Source: a virus | Reading direction: 5' to 3' (one strand) | IMG/VR virus record: IMGVR_UViG_3300017971_007885 | Span: 36,483 to 100,482 of that record | Length of the DNA stretch: 64,000 nt | Part shown: piece by piece, positions 9,092 through 18,913 of the stretch | Layout: each line of letters opens with the position of its first letter | Position numbering within the stretch: the first letter of the stretch is position 1 | Position numbers and translations under genes: made by a program | Notes under the pieces: generated by a model | Told to the model about the DNA's origin: nothing | The model's database searches: none | The model's input: only the letters and a program-made list of their open reading frames with translations

Positions 9092-11263
9092 ATGCCCGAC
9101 ACAAAGATATCAAATTTGACACCGTTGGCTACCGCCGTTAAAGGTGACGTGCTCCCGATCGTCAACGGGGGCGCAACCAAAAAGATCACGGTTGAAGACT
9201 TGTTGCGTTACGAGAACGTGATCACGGTTGCCAAAAGCGGGCCGGCGGACTATACAACTATTGAAGCGGCTCTTGCTGTAGCGGCGGCTCGTGATGTGAT
9301 CATGGTTGCGCCGGGTATCTATTCTGAAAACAACCCTTTGACCGTGCCCGATCAGGTCACGATCATGGCACTCGGGGAGCAGAACACAACCCGGATAGAA
9401 GCAGCCAATGCCAACCAGGATCTGTTCACGAGTGCTAACTTTTTTATCGTCACGGGCTTTTCTATTGCCGATGTAGCTGGAACTGGTTGGATCATTGACG
9501 TAAACGCCGCCGATGCCGTGATTTTTGAGGACTGTGTTGTCTATGAGTGTGAGCAGGGATTCAGAACGTCTCACGTGTCCGCCACGCTGACCTTGGGCAA
9601 TATATTCTTTTTGACCTTGGGCGTTACCAAGACCGATCCGTGCGTTCGGAACAACGCCGGAAACATCACCGTTGCCGGTGGGCGTATTGGCGTAGGCTCT
9701 TTGATCGGTTGCGTTTTCAATGTGGACGGCGCAAATGCGATCACCACCGTGCTTCACTTTCTGACATTTGAAACCACCGTTGACTATGTTGTGGTAGCTG
9801 ACAACGGGGCACGCTCTGTTTTTACCGGGTGTTCGTTTGTGGGAATGAACGATGCGGCTTCTTTGGCCGGTGGAAGCGATACGCGATTTGTCGCCACGTC
9901 TGTCTTTTTGGCCGGGAATGATGCGATCCGAATTGAAAACAGCGGAGCCAACACAAACTTTGTAGGCCAAGGGATCACGGTTGAGTCAACGACTCGCTAC
10001 GATCTCAACATTTTGAGTGCAACGGGTACAGTATCGGGGTTTGGACAGTCTGCGCTTGATCAGATGAACTTTGTTACGGGAGCGCAGTTTACAGCCAGCT
10101 TTGTGGACTTGAAAGAGGACGACGAAGGGCTGAATGTCGTTGGGGAACTTCACGTTGGCATACCGGAACTTGGCGCAGAATCGGTTATGGGCCAGGGCGA
10201 TAGTTACACACGTGGTATGCTTGTCTACACTTATAATCCAGCCGGGCCGGTGTGGGCTGATGTTAGTGTCGCCGCCCGATCTGCTTCCGGGTCCACATTC
10301 ACATTTCCGGCAGTGGCGGCAAATAACGCGATCTATGTTGCTTCCAGCTTGGCGGATGCTTCGGACTATTTGCACCACGATGGAATCAAGGCCAGCATTA
10401 CAACCGCCGCCGTTTTGGGTGGTGGGTCGATCGTGGTCGAATACTGGAACGGGGCGGCCTGGGTGCCCATTGATCACATGTCCACGCTATCAAATGCCCC
10501 CTATACTCAGTATGGAAAGAATATCTTTGAGCGGACAGGCTCCGAACAAATCCGCTATCCGTTGGCCTTTGTATCGTCTTGGACCAAAAACGATCCAGTG
10601 ACGCCGGCCATTGGCACAAATTACTTTTGGATGCGTTTCCGGGTTGTAGGCGGGATTACCACGGCACCGATCTTTGAGCAATTCAAGCTACACACCGATC
10701 GCTTTGAGGTTAACGCTGATGGCGTCACGGAGTATTTTGGCCATGCCCGCTATCCGCAAGATTTGAGACTAGACTATCGGGAACTAAGCGGCTTTTCTCC
10801 AGGCAATCAGAATGTTGCTTATGGAACCGGGGTCACGTTTGTTTATATCAATAACAAGTTTGTAGATGGCAAAAAGGACGGATTTGGTGTTTACGTGACC
10901 ATTCCGACAGGTATCGACACAAGTTTGCCACTCCGCTTTGCCTGGAACTGGTATGCAGACACGGCCAATGCCGGGGATGTGGAATTTACTGTAGAAGATA
11001 TACAGCTTGAGGTAGGTGATCTGATAGATGGCACGGCCGGCACCACAACTTATACCACGGTTGAGACTGTCGGGGCTGGAACCAGATACGTTTTCCGCCA
11101 GTCTTACCTTGACCTGGATATCTCGGATTTGGTGCCTGGGGAAGCCGTGGCCATCGCTCTTTATCGTGATGCAACAGCACCCAATGATCCGCCTGATACA
11201 CTAAACGGTGATGTTGTGATCTTTGGTGATATCCGGGCGATCGGTTACTTTTGGCGGCCATGA
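9092..11263 (+). CDS. Beta-helix (pectin lyase/pectinesterase-like) virion fibre or spike
   Basis: MPDTKISNL N-terminus; ITVAKSGPADYTTIEAAL...VAPGIYSE beta-helix cap. Confidence 0.7.
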   Translation: MPDTKISNLTPLATAVKGDVLPIVNGGATKKITVEDLLRYENVITVAKSGPADYTTIEAALAVAAARDVIMVAPGIYSENNPLTVPDQVTIMALGEQNTTRIEAANANQDLFTSANFFIVTGFSIADVAGTGWIIDVNAADAVIFEDCVVYECEQGFRTSHVSATLTLGNIFFLTLGVTKTDPCVRNNAGNITVAGGRIGVGSLIGCVFNVDGANAITTVLHFLTFETTVDYVVVADNGARSVFTGCSFVGMNDAASLAGGSDTRFVATSVFLAGNDAIRIENSGANTNFVGQGITVESTTRYDLNILSATGTVSGFGQSALDQMNFVTGAQFTASFVDLKEDDEGLNVVGELHVGIPELGAESVMGQGDSYTRGMLVYTYNPAGPVWADVSVAARSASGSTFTFPAVAANNAIYVASSLADASDYLHHDGIKASITTAAVLGGGSIVVEYWNGAAWVPIDHMSTLSNAPYTQYGKNIFERTGSEQIRYPLAFVSSWTKNDPVTPAIGTNYFWMRFRVVGGITTAPIFEQFKLHTDRFEVNADGVTEYFGHARYPQDLRLDYRELSGFSPGNQNVAYGTGVTFVYINNKFVDGKKDGFGVYVTIPTGIDTSLPLRFAWNWYADTANAGDVEFTVEDIQLEVGDLIDGTAGTTTYTTVETVGAGTRYVFRQSYLDLDISDLVPGEAVAIALYRDATAPNDPPDTLNGDVVIFGDIRAIGYFWRP

Positions 11264-12480
11264 TGACTCAAAATCAACTTGTTTTTTCAAACCAACCCGA
11301 TTCATCGATCTTTGTTTGGAAGGCAATGGGAGATCGGTGGTATGTGGCCATCGTTTCAAAGGCAACCACGGACCGGGTTGGCGAACTGGTTACAATCAAG
11401 GGAATGGACTTTGCGATCGACGTTGCAAAGCGGCACAATTATCATTCCGGGCTCTACATCGAACATGCGGTGCCATGGACACGCATAGGGCGATCGGTGC
11501 GCGAAATGCGAATTGGAAAGCTGTGGATCGAGATCGGGAAGTTTTATAAGAACCCATTAGCAAAACTAGCCTATAAGGCATTGCAAAAGGCCAAAGACGG
11601 CGCGATTAGGTTGAGCGTGGGCTTCTTAACGCCAGCAAAGCAACGGAAACTTGGCGTATATACAAAGCTTTTGAAGTTTGACACGAGTTTGGTGCTTAAA
11701 CCGGCTCACCCAGAAACACACATCATAGTGGGAGGTAACAAAATGAGTGATCTAATGCAACGGGTCTTGAAACTGCTTGGCCCTGAGAATCCGGAAGAGG
11801 AAGAACAGGCCATGGCAATGCTCAAGGAGTTGTTCACCGGATCGAAGTCCATGGACGGTGATCTTGCCTTAGTGGGGAAGGCCGGAAAAGGCAAGGACGA
11901 CGACGACAAGAGCGGTTTCCCGGCTTTTCTGAAGAAAGTCAAAGCCGGGGACAAAGAATTGTTTGGCATGCTGGAAAAGATGGCTGAAGAGATGCCCGAC
12001 AATGAAGCTCTGAAAAAGGCTTGTGCGACGATGAAGAAACGCATGAGCGAATACCCGGCCATCGAAGAGAAGCAGGAACCGCCCCCGGAAGAGGAAGAGG
12101 AAGAAGAAGAGGCAGTGGCCGCCAAAACAAAGAGCGGTGAAGGGGTCGAGACTCTGCTTACCGCTGTAGCGGAGATCGTGGACGCCAGGCTTGTCCCGAT
12201 CACGGAAGCCCTTGCCGGATTATCAAGCACGCCGGGCCAGGTCGTGGAACTGACCGAACGGGTCAAGAACTTGGAAGCCGGGGACCAGGCGGCGGAAGTG
12301 ATCGCAGCTTTGGTCAAGCGGTTGCCTGACATGGCTTTTGCTCAGTCCACCCGGCCATCCGACGATGCTGAAGACGTTGGCGACACGGCGGACTTGATCG
12401 AAGAGCTTCAGAAACGGCTTGACTTTGGCGACGATGAACCACAGCACCCACTTGCGCATTTTATTGGCGCGGGCGAGTAG
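11260..12480 (+). CDS. Prohead protease-scaffold
   Basis: TDRVGELVT...EH...RLSVGF...TSLVLKPAHP (HK97-type protease) followed by an acidic helical tail; directly precedes the capsid gene. Confidence 0.75.
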   Translation: MMTQNQLVFSNQPDSSIFVWKAMGDRWYVAIVSKATTDRVGELVTIKGMDFAIDVAKRHNYHSGLYIEHAVPWTRIGRSVREMRIGKLWIEIGKFYKNPLAKLAYKALQKAKDGAIRLSVGFLTPAKQRKLGVYTKLLKFDTSLVLKPAHPETHIIVGGNKMSDLMQRVLKLLGPENPEEEEQAMAMLKELFTGSKSMDGDLALVGKAGKGKDDDDKSGFPAFLKKVKAGDKELFGMLEKMAEEMPDNEALKKACATMKKRMSEYPAIEEKQEPPPEEEEEEEEAVAAKTKSGEGVETLLTAVAEIVDARLVPITEALAGLSSTPGQVVELTERVKNLEAGDQAAEVIAALVKRLPDMAFAQSTRPSDDAEDVGDTADLIEELQKRLDFGDDEPQHPLAHFIGAGE

Positions 12481-12544
12481 CCAACCCATTCTAGTGCACG
12501 ATTGCACGGAATGAAACCCAGAAACACATTTTGGAGGTAACAAG

Positions 12545-13990
12545 ATGGATCAAAACACATTATCAATGCTTGTCCGGTTGGCTGAATCGGGCCAGTCAGA
12601 AACCCTACTGAACCTCTTGGGCAATGACATGGGCGGTGTGGCTGTGCGCCGGAAAGCACTCACCAACACTCTTTTGTACGGCAATGGTGGGTTGTTTACC
12701 GTTTGTGCGGATGACAACTTGATCAACGCATCGGTGAACGATGATGGCATTTGTGCCGTTATTCCCTGGAAGCCCACCACGGCGGATGTGCGCCGCCAAC
12801 CCGTGATCACGGCGATCGGACACTTGGGCGGCTACGCTCAACCAACCGATCAGTGTGGCGATCCCCCGGTCAGCGATTGGCGGGGGTGTGAACTCGAATG
12901 GTGCATTGGCCGCATCCGTGGCCGATCCCCCGAGTATGACCGGCTGGATCTTGGCACCCGATGGTGCGAGAAATACCCGATCTTTCGCACCTTTGGTAGT
13001 TTGACCGTGGGCGGGCAAACGATCGCTCCCACTGGCACCCAGATCCAGAATGATGCAGAGTGGGGAGCCGTGGCCGCCGCCATCCAGGTCCGCCAGGTGC
13101 TTGGACGCTGGATCTATACTGGCAACCGGTCCACAAACCGGAACATGTTCGATGGGTTCCAGATCCTGATCAACACCGGTTATACCGATGTTCAGAGCCG
13201 GATCCCGTGCCCCGCCGTTGACTCGAAGATCGAGGACTTTGAAAGCGACTGCATCAGCGACGAAACGAGCGGCAAGAACATCTATGCCTACCTGGAAGCC
13301 GTTGTGCAACGGATCATCCAGAGGGCACGCCAGGCCGGTCTAGGCCGTCCCAAAGCGGAAGATATGGTGCTTGTGATGCGCACCGAGATGGCAGAAGCCT
13401 TGTATGAGTATTGGGCTTGCCAGATCGGGCCGTGCTCCACCACGCTCCCAGTGGCTGGAACGGCAACCAACCAAGTGCAGTTTGTGTCTTCCGACTGGGC
13501 ACGCCAGTTTGCCGATGACCTACGCCGCCGTGAAGTGCTCTTGGTGCACGGTATGTACATCCCGGTTGTGACCGACGATTACATGCCCTTTACCAATGGA
13601 GCAGGGGTCAATAACCGGATCTCGGATATCTACATCTTGACGCTTCAGATCTCGGGGCTGCCCAACGTTTACGGTGAATTCCAGGACTTCCGGGCGGGCG
13701 TGGGTGACTCGATCACCGGCTTCAATGAAGAACTTTACGGTGGTCAGCCAACCGATGAGGGCCGCTTTTACGTATGGCAAGAGCGAACCAACACTTGCTT
13801 TGACGTGAGGCTTGCCGTGAAACCACGCTTGGTTGTGGCTATGCCCTTCCTTTGTGGCCGGGTATCCAACGTTTGCGTGACGCCGCTTAACCCGCCGTTG
13901 TCGAGCTATCCGCCAGATGGTAGCCCGTATTACCCCGATGGTGGCGCTTACGATGCCACGTATGACGCCGGGGACTGCGTGTATAGCTAG
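12545..13990 (+). CDS. Major capsid protein (Cys-rich)
   Basis: 481 aa after protease; strong SD GGAGG; GN...FDGFQILIN HK97-fold motif; stable hairpin downstream. Confidence 0.8.
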   Translation: MDQNTLSMLVRLAESGQSETLLNLLGNDMGGVAVRRKALTNTLLYGNGGLFTVCADDNLINASVNDDGICAVIPWKPTTADVRRQPVITAIGHLGGYAQPTDQCGDPPVSDWRGCELEWCIGRIRGRSPEYDRLDLGTRWCEKYPIFRTFGSLTVGGQTIAPTGTQIQNDAEWGAVAAAIQVRQVLGRWIYTGNRSTNRNMFDGFQILINTGYTDVQSRIPCPAVDSKIEDFESDCISDETSGKNIYAYLEAVVQRIIQRARQAGLGRPKAEDMVLVMRTEMAEALYEYWACQIGPCSTTLPVAGTATNQVQFVSSDWARQFADDLRRREVLLVHGMYIPVVTDDYMPFTNGAGVNNRISDIYILTLQISGLPNVYGEFQDFRAGVGDSITGFNEELYGGQPTDEGRFYVWQERTNTCFDVRLAVKPRLVVAMPFLCGRVSNVCVTPLNPPLSSYPPDGSPYYPDGGAYDATYDAGDCVYS

Positions 13991-14003
13991 AAGGGCGGCT
14001 TGA

Positions 14004-14852
14004 ATGAGCCGGAGTGATAGGGGAAGCCCTTCCGGGGCTTCCCCCACTGTACACCTTGTGGGCAAGCGAGATCCGTGGATCTTAGGCAGGTATGCCGATA
14101 TCTTGACCGGGCGGCTTGGTTGGTCAATCGGAGAACGTCCAAAAACGGACGTGGCCTTGAACCTCTTTTGGCCTTACTTGTCGATCATGGTCGGGGATCC
14201 GCTCCCACAGACCAAGAACGCCGCTTTTTTCACGCACCTTGAAGAAGCGGAAAGAGGCCGTACCCAGTCAAAAATAAACCGATGGCATAACGCGGCTCAA
14301 GTGGTGGACCTGCGGATCTGCATGACTGCCAAATACAGGGAGATCTTGGCTCCCCATGGGCCAACGGTGCACGTGCCGGTACCCATAGAAGAGCAGTTTG
14401 CGCCCTGCAAATTGCGGGTGGGTGTGGCCGGGAAGGTGTATGATTTATCTCGCAAGGGTGAAGACCTGGTGCGGCAATTGGTCAACACCAAAGAATTTGA
14501 CGTGATCGGGGCCGGAGAAGGATGGCCGTGCCCCACAAAGTTTTACAAGTGGGCGGATATGCCCAAATTTTATCAATCGCTTGATGTGTTCCTGGTTACG
14601 TCTGAAGTGGAAGGCGGGCCGGTAACGATGCTAGAGGCGCTTAGATGTGGCGTGCCGGTTGTGGCTCCGGCACACGTGGGAATGGTGGATGAATTCCAGG
14701 TGGCCACATACAAGCGGGGCAATTTTCAATCAATGCTTGCCCGGCTCCGGACCTTCCAGTTGGGAAGGATAAAGCGATATCAGAGCGTGGCCAATAGAAC
14801 GGTGGAAAACTTTGCGCAAGCCTGTCAACAAGCCATCGAACGGGTATGCTAA
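14004..14852 (+). CDS. Glycosyltransferase, GT-B/GT4-like
   Basis: RKGEDL...FYQSLDVFLVTSEVEGGPVTMLEALRCGVPVV. Confidence 0.85.
   Translation: MSRSDRGSPSGASPTVHLVGKRDPWILGRYADILTGRLGWSIGERPKTDVALNLFWPYLSIMVGDPLPQTKNAAFFTHLEEAERGRTQSKINRWHNAAQVVDLRICMTAKYREILAPHGPTVHVPVPIEEQFAPCKLRVGVAGKVYDLSRKGEDLVRQLVNTKEFDVIGAGEGWPCPTKFYKWADMPKFYQSLDVFLVTSEVEGGPVTMLEALRCGVPVVAPAHVGMVDEFQVATYKRGNFQSMLARLRTFQLGRIKRYQSVANRTVENFAQACQQAIERVC
14020..14044 (+). promoter_or_regulatory. GC hairpin after the capsid gene (mRNA stabiliser or weak terminator)
   Basis: GGGGAAGCCC-TTCCG-GGGCTTCCCC with no U-tract. Confidence 0.5.
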
Positions 14853-15501
14853 CACAGGGGCCATGTTTGTGGCTTATGGTCAGAAAGCGATCCAATGTTT
14901 CTATGATTGTGCGGAATCGCTCCGAGTGCATCACCCGGATATGCCTATAGTGGTGATCGGGGATCAATCAATCGTTTTCCCGAATTGCACGTGCCTACAG
15001 GAGCCAAGCACCGATATCGGAGCCAGAAGCATCAAGACTCAGATTTGGCGGTATGTACCCGATGGTTGGACATATGCGCTATACATGGATGTTGACACAC
15101 TTGTATTGAAACCGCTAGATCGTTTCTTGCAACCATTGCTTGACGGTTGGGAACTGGTTATGGTCCGGGATGAGTTGGCGGATGTAGTGGATCGGTGCCG
15201 ACTCAAGAACAATGAAGAAAAGCAACACATCAAGAACGCTTTTGGGACCGGGGAACTAGTCCAGTTTGCGGGCGGTTTGTTTTCTTGGCGTATATGCCCA
15301 ACAGTGCAACGTTTTTTCGAGATATGGCATGCAGAGTGGGGCCGTTTCAGCTTCAGGGATCAAGGGGCTTTGGTGCGGGCCTTGGCACTTACGCCGGTCA
15401 AACTTTGGCCACTCGGATGGGCGGCCAATGCTTCCAAACGAGAGCATGCGATCGAAGTATGGCATATACACGGCAAGGCCAGAATGGCAGGTGCTCAATG
15501 A
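14812..15501 (+). CDS. Glycosyltransferase, GT-A (GT8/nucleotide-diphospho-sugar transferase-like)
   Basis: ALYMDVDT (DxD), RDQGAL, WHIHG; real start probably ATG 14863. Confidence 0.75.
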   Translation: MRKPVNKPSNGYANTGAMFVAYGQKAIQCFYDCAESLRVHHPDMPIVVIGDQSIVFPNCTCLQEPSTDIGARSIKTQIWRYVPDGWTYALYMDVDTLVLKPLDRFLQPLLDGWELVMVRDELADVVDRCRLKNNEEKQHIKNAFGTGELVQFAGGLFSWRICPTVQRFFEIWHAEWGRFSFRDQGALVRALALTPVKLWPLGWAANASKREHAIEVWHIHGKARMAGAQ

Positions 15502-16517
15502 CTTGGTTACAAGCATGGATTATCAATCAAGATCCGGTTGCCCAGTTGGCCGTAGCGGAAAAAGGTGGGCCGGGCTCCGGGAACTGGGGACACGCCGGAG
15601 TAAAGGGCACTCGTGGCGGATCTGCTCCTAAACGGGGCAAAGGTGCGGCCATGTCTTTGGCTACTGGCAAGGATTGGGAAGAGCGCCAGATGCAAACCAT
15701 AGAAGATGCTTACTTGGCAGATGCTGAAGATAGTTCCAAGCGACTTTATCAAGCCGCCGTGAAGGGTGGCAAGCTGTCTACCAAAGAACAAAGAAAGGAT
15801 GCCCTGAAGAGCTACAAAGCACTCAAAGAATTAGACCGGCATAGCATGTATGAGCCGATGGATGACTATCCGGCTATGTCGGAAGCCCTTGCCTATACTG
15901 TTAGTCATGGCAGTTTGAAACAAGCAAGGGCCAACTTCCAAGAAATTGCCGATCTGTTGGTAGATCCAAAACGTAAAGAAGAAGAAGAGTGGAAAGTGCA
16001 CCGGGTGGATGCCATAACACGGGCCAGGGGTGAACGAGTGCCGGGCCTAAAGAAACAAGCAAAGCCAAAGCCGGTTGAGGTAGTAAAGCCGTCCGGACCG
16101 GAAGCAAAAAAGATCTTGGATGCCAAACCGGTCACGGATGACTATTATATAAACCGCCCAGTAAGCCGGAGAACGATCGGGGGCGGGGTAACAAGCGAAT
16201 GGCAGAAGGTCAAGGCCAAGCCGGTTAAGGTAGCGGGCTATGAAGATCAAGATTTTTTCATTCACCGGCCATTGGGCTCCAGAAAAAGCGGTTGGACTAT
16301 CTCAGAAGGCCGCACCGGTACATCACTTGTTTTACAATACGGCGGCACTCAGGCCAAAGCCATCCGAAAGCTTACGACTATACTGGACAAAATAAAGAAA
16401 GCAGGGCGGACCACGTTTCAGAACAAAATAACCAGTGCCGTGAACGCCAGTACACAAAGAGGTCAGCCTTTGCAATCGCCCCGCTATGGCGGAACAGGGC
16501 CAATATATAGGGGCTAG
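15498..16517 (+). CDS. Second GGPGSGNWGH-motif head-associated protein
   Basis: KGGPGSGNWGHAGVKGTRGGS; ATGA coupling. Confidence 0.65.
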   Translation: MTWLQAWIINQDPVAQLAVAEKGGPGSGNWGHAGVKGTRGGSAPKRGKGAAMSLATGKDWEERQMQTIEDAYLADAEDSSKRLYQAAVKGGKLSTKEQRKDALKSYKALKELDRHSMYEPMDDYPAMSEALAYTVSHGSLKQARANFQEIADLLVDPKRKEEEEWKVHRVDAITRARGERVPGLKKQAKPKPVEVVKPSGPEAKKILDAKPVTDDYYINRPVSRRTIGGGVTSEWQKVKAKPVKVAGYEDQDFFIHRPLGSRKSGWTISEGRTGTSLVLQYGGTQAKAIRKLTTILDKIKKAGRTTFQNKITSAVNASTQRGQPLQSPRYGGTGPIYRG

Positions 16518-16531
16518 AAGGGATACTTGAC

Positions 16532-16984
16532 GTGAAGCTACAACTTGGGGCCGGGGACCGGCCACGTCAAGGGTACATTAACAGCGATATTATCAAACTG
16601 CCAGGGATCCAGGTGATTCACGATCTGAATGTGCTTCCATGGCCCTGGGAAGATGGGAAATTTGAAGAGATCCTATCTTTGGCTGTGTTTGAACACTTGT
16701 GGCTCAGACTGGACACGAGTATAGAAGAGTGTTGGCGGCTCCTGAAGCCGGACGGCTTGCTTATTTTCAAAGTGCCAGATTGCAATTCCCCCACAGTGGC
16801 GGATGATCCACAACACATTCATAGGGGATGGAGCAACCGGACTTTTGACTTCTTCGATCCGACTCGGGGCGAATATGGCAAGCGGGGCCAGATGTATGGA
16901 TATCATCCATGGTCCGTTCTCTCGATCAAGCCGATAGCCAACGGGAATTCTTGGATGGTGCGCATGCGGAAGGTTGGGCAATGA
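16532..16984 (+). CDS. Class I SAM-dependent methyltransferase (Methyltransf_11-like)
   Basis: LQLGAGD...HDLNVLPWP...FEH...ECWRLLKPDG. Confidence 0.85.
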   Translation: MKLQLGAGDRPRQGYINSDIIKLPGIQVIHDLNVLPWPWEDGKFEEILSLAVFEHLWLRLDTSIEECWRLLKPDGLLIFKVPDCNSPTVADDPQHIHRGWSNRTFDFFDPTRGEYGKRGQMYGYHPWSVLSIKPIANGNSWMVRMRKVGQ

Positions 16985-18108
16985 GACAAACGATCTATAG
17001 ATCGGGGACAAACAAAATAGAGACGCCAAATCAAATATCCACGCCCACGCGCCAGGTGCCCTATGTTATGCCGCTTCACTATCCAGAAGTGATCTTGGAC
17101 TGCTACAATGAAGGCGATCAGGCACTTTTCATGTTTCCAGAAGCGTGGCTTGCCCCAGAGTATTGCAAGTTGGGCTTTAGGGTCTTGGCTCAAGGGTATG
17201 ACATAGTTGTGCCGCTCCGGGAACATCAAGAAGAGCCGGTCATGTATGCCGGGCTTCTATGGATGGCCTTCAGCGATCCGGTAAAGGCGTTCTTGAGAGA
17301 CTGGGCATTAAAGAGCCAGGAGCTTTATCCGTGGCGAGCCTTTCATGATGCGCTTTATGAGAGCGGGATCCGGGTATGGTATGCGCCGGCCACGTGGTGG
17401 AAGCAACCGACCTATGCCGGTATGGCCGTGATCATTCCTTGCTACAACCATGAAGAATTCTTGCTTGAAGCGGTAAACTCTGCGCTCCGGGCCAGGGCCG
17501 ATCAGATTATCATTGTAGACGATGGATCTCCGGGGGATGTGCTTGGGGCGCTTGCACCATTGATCAATCGAAGGAAAGCGCCGATCTTTGTGCTCAAGCA
17601 GGAAAACAAAGGCTTGCCCGCCGCCAGAAATGCCGGGATCCGGGCCACGACTATGCAGCATTGCATTGCTCTGGATGCTGACGATCGAATCTCGGATCAT
17701 TACATTGCCAGGGCGAAAAAGGCGATCATCAAACACACATGGCTATATAGCAATGTCGAGCTTTTTGGTGACGCTCAGAGGGTGGTCAAGCCTAAAGTCA
17801 ACAGGGCTTCGATGCGTGCAATGCAACCGACCAATGCCACTACAGTGGTTCCAAAGCACGCATGGCAGTTTGTGGGCGGGTACGATGAAACGATAGGTGG
17901 CTTTGAATCGTGGGACTTTTTATCAAGGCTCATACAGGCCAATTGGACACCACGCAAATTCACGGGCGTGGCCTACTATCGGAAACGGAACGGTGAAGGC
18001 ATGTTGGCGGAAAAGGTTTTTGCTGACAAGCCAACTTACTTCAAGGGTTTGATAGATCGCAACCCGGTCTATTTCCGGGGTGCCTTCAAAGAGCACTTGC
18101 GTGAATAA
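16981..18108 (+). CDS. Glycosyltransferase family 2
   Basis: VIIPCYN...IIVDDGS...NKGLPAARNAG...LDADD. Confidence 0.9.
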   Translation: MRQTIYRSGTNKIETPNQISTPTRQVPYVMPLHYPEVILDCYNEGDQALFMFPEAWLAPEYCKLGFRVLAQGYDIVVPLREHQEEPVMYAGLLWMAFSDPVKAFLRDWALKSQELYPWRAFHDALYESGIRVWYAPATWWKQPTYAGMAVIIPCYNHEEFLLEAVNSALRARADQIIIVDDGSPGDVLGALAPLINRRKAPIFVLKQENKGLPAARNAGIRATTMQHCIALDADDRISDHYIARAKKAIIKHTWLYSNVELFGDAQRVVKPKVNRASMRAMQPTNATTVVPKHAWQFVGGYDETIGGFESWDFLSRLIQANWTPRKFTGVAYYRKRNGEGMLAEKVFADKPTYFKGLIDRNPVYFRGAFKEHLRE

Positions 18109-18128
18109 CGCTAGAAAGCAGGTCCAGA

Positions 18129-18674
18129 ATGGAACAAAGTACACGGATGGGGTTGGTTGAGTACATAGGAGCCAAGACGGCTTCTTTCTCAGTAGCCTAT
18201 AACCCAACTCAGGGCCGGACCGTGAACCGGATGTGGGCGGCCATTGGTAACGATCAATCGCCCATGATCAAACAAAGAAGGTGGTTGCCGGAGCCAGAGG
18301 CACGATTTTACAACGCTTTTGCGGACTTTAGGCTTTTGCGATGGGGATCGAGCGTTTCAACCGAACCGGTCAGAACGCCGGTGGTTACTGCATTCTCGGA
18401 GCCGATTCCGGAACCGCAAGCCCTTCCTTTGCACGTGCTTTTACAACAGCAAAGAGATGCAATGATGGCCGTTGCCCCGGCCGGCGCGATCGTGACCAAG
18501 GACATAGAAGAGATCGGGCCGCAATATCTCATGTCAAAATCTGGAACTGTTCACAGGCCAGAATGCTCTTCAGCCAAGAGGATCAAAACGCCGGTAGAAT
18601 TCCATACGATGGAAGACGTAACCGCCGATCCGAACTTCAAAAAGTTTCATAGTTGTTGTGAGGGATTAACGTAA
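18129..18674 (+). CDS. Hypothetical capsid-associated protein with C-terminal metal-binding motif
   Basis: VEYIG N-terminal motif shared with the next gene; VHRPEC...HSCC. Confidence 0.55.
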   Translation: MEQSTRMGLVEYIGAKTASFSVAYNPTQGRTVNRMWAAIGNDQSPMIKQRRWLPEPEARFYNAFADFRLLRWGSSVSTEPVRTPVVTAFSEPIPEPQALPLHVLLQQQRDAMMAVAPAGAIVTKDIEEIGPQYLMSKSGTVHRPECSSAKRIKTPVEFHTMEDVTADPNFKKFHSCCEGLT

Positions 18675-18913
18675 TGGGTTGAGGGTGCCCAACTCGGACG
18701 GGTCCGAGCAGAACCAGGCCACGGCGGATTTTCAAACCAGATCCAACGTGGAAGCAGATCCTGTACATCGGTGGGCGTGCGGGCACGTTTACCGTGCCGG
18801 GAGGATATACCGGCCAAGATTACGCTATTTGTCCAAATACGCTTATACCAGTGCACCCACGGGACATGCCTTTTTTTGAGGGTAGGCCAAGGGAGTATAA
18901 AACAGTATGGTGA
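18674..18913 (+). CDS. Candidate selenoprotein, 79 aa: MG(U)GCPTRTG...ILYIGGRAGTFTVPGGYTGQDYAICPNTLIPVHPRDMPFF...
   Basis: ATG overlaps the upstream TAA, has an SD, in-frame TGA at codon 3 in an MGxGC motif; frame stays open to 18913 and overlaps the next start; not in the ORF track. Confidence 0.7.
18693..18708 (+). promoter_or_regulatory. Bacterial SECIS-like hairpin
   Basis: CTCGGA-CGGG-TCCGAG with G-rich apical loop, 10 nt after UGA 18680-18682. Confidence 0.6.
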
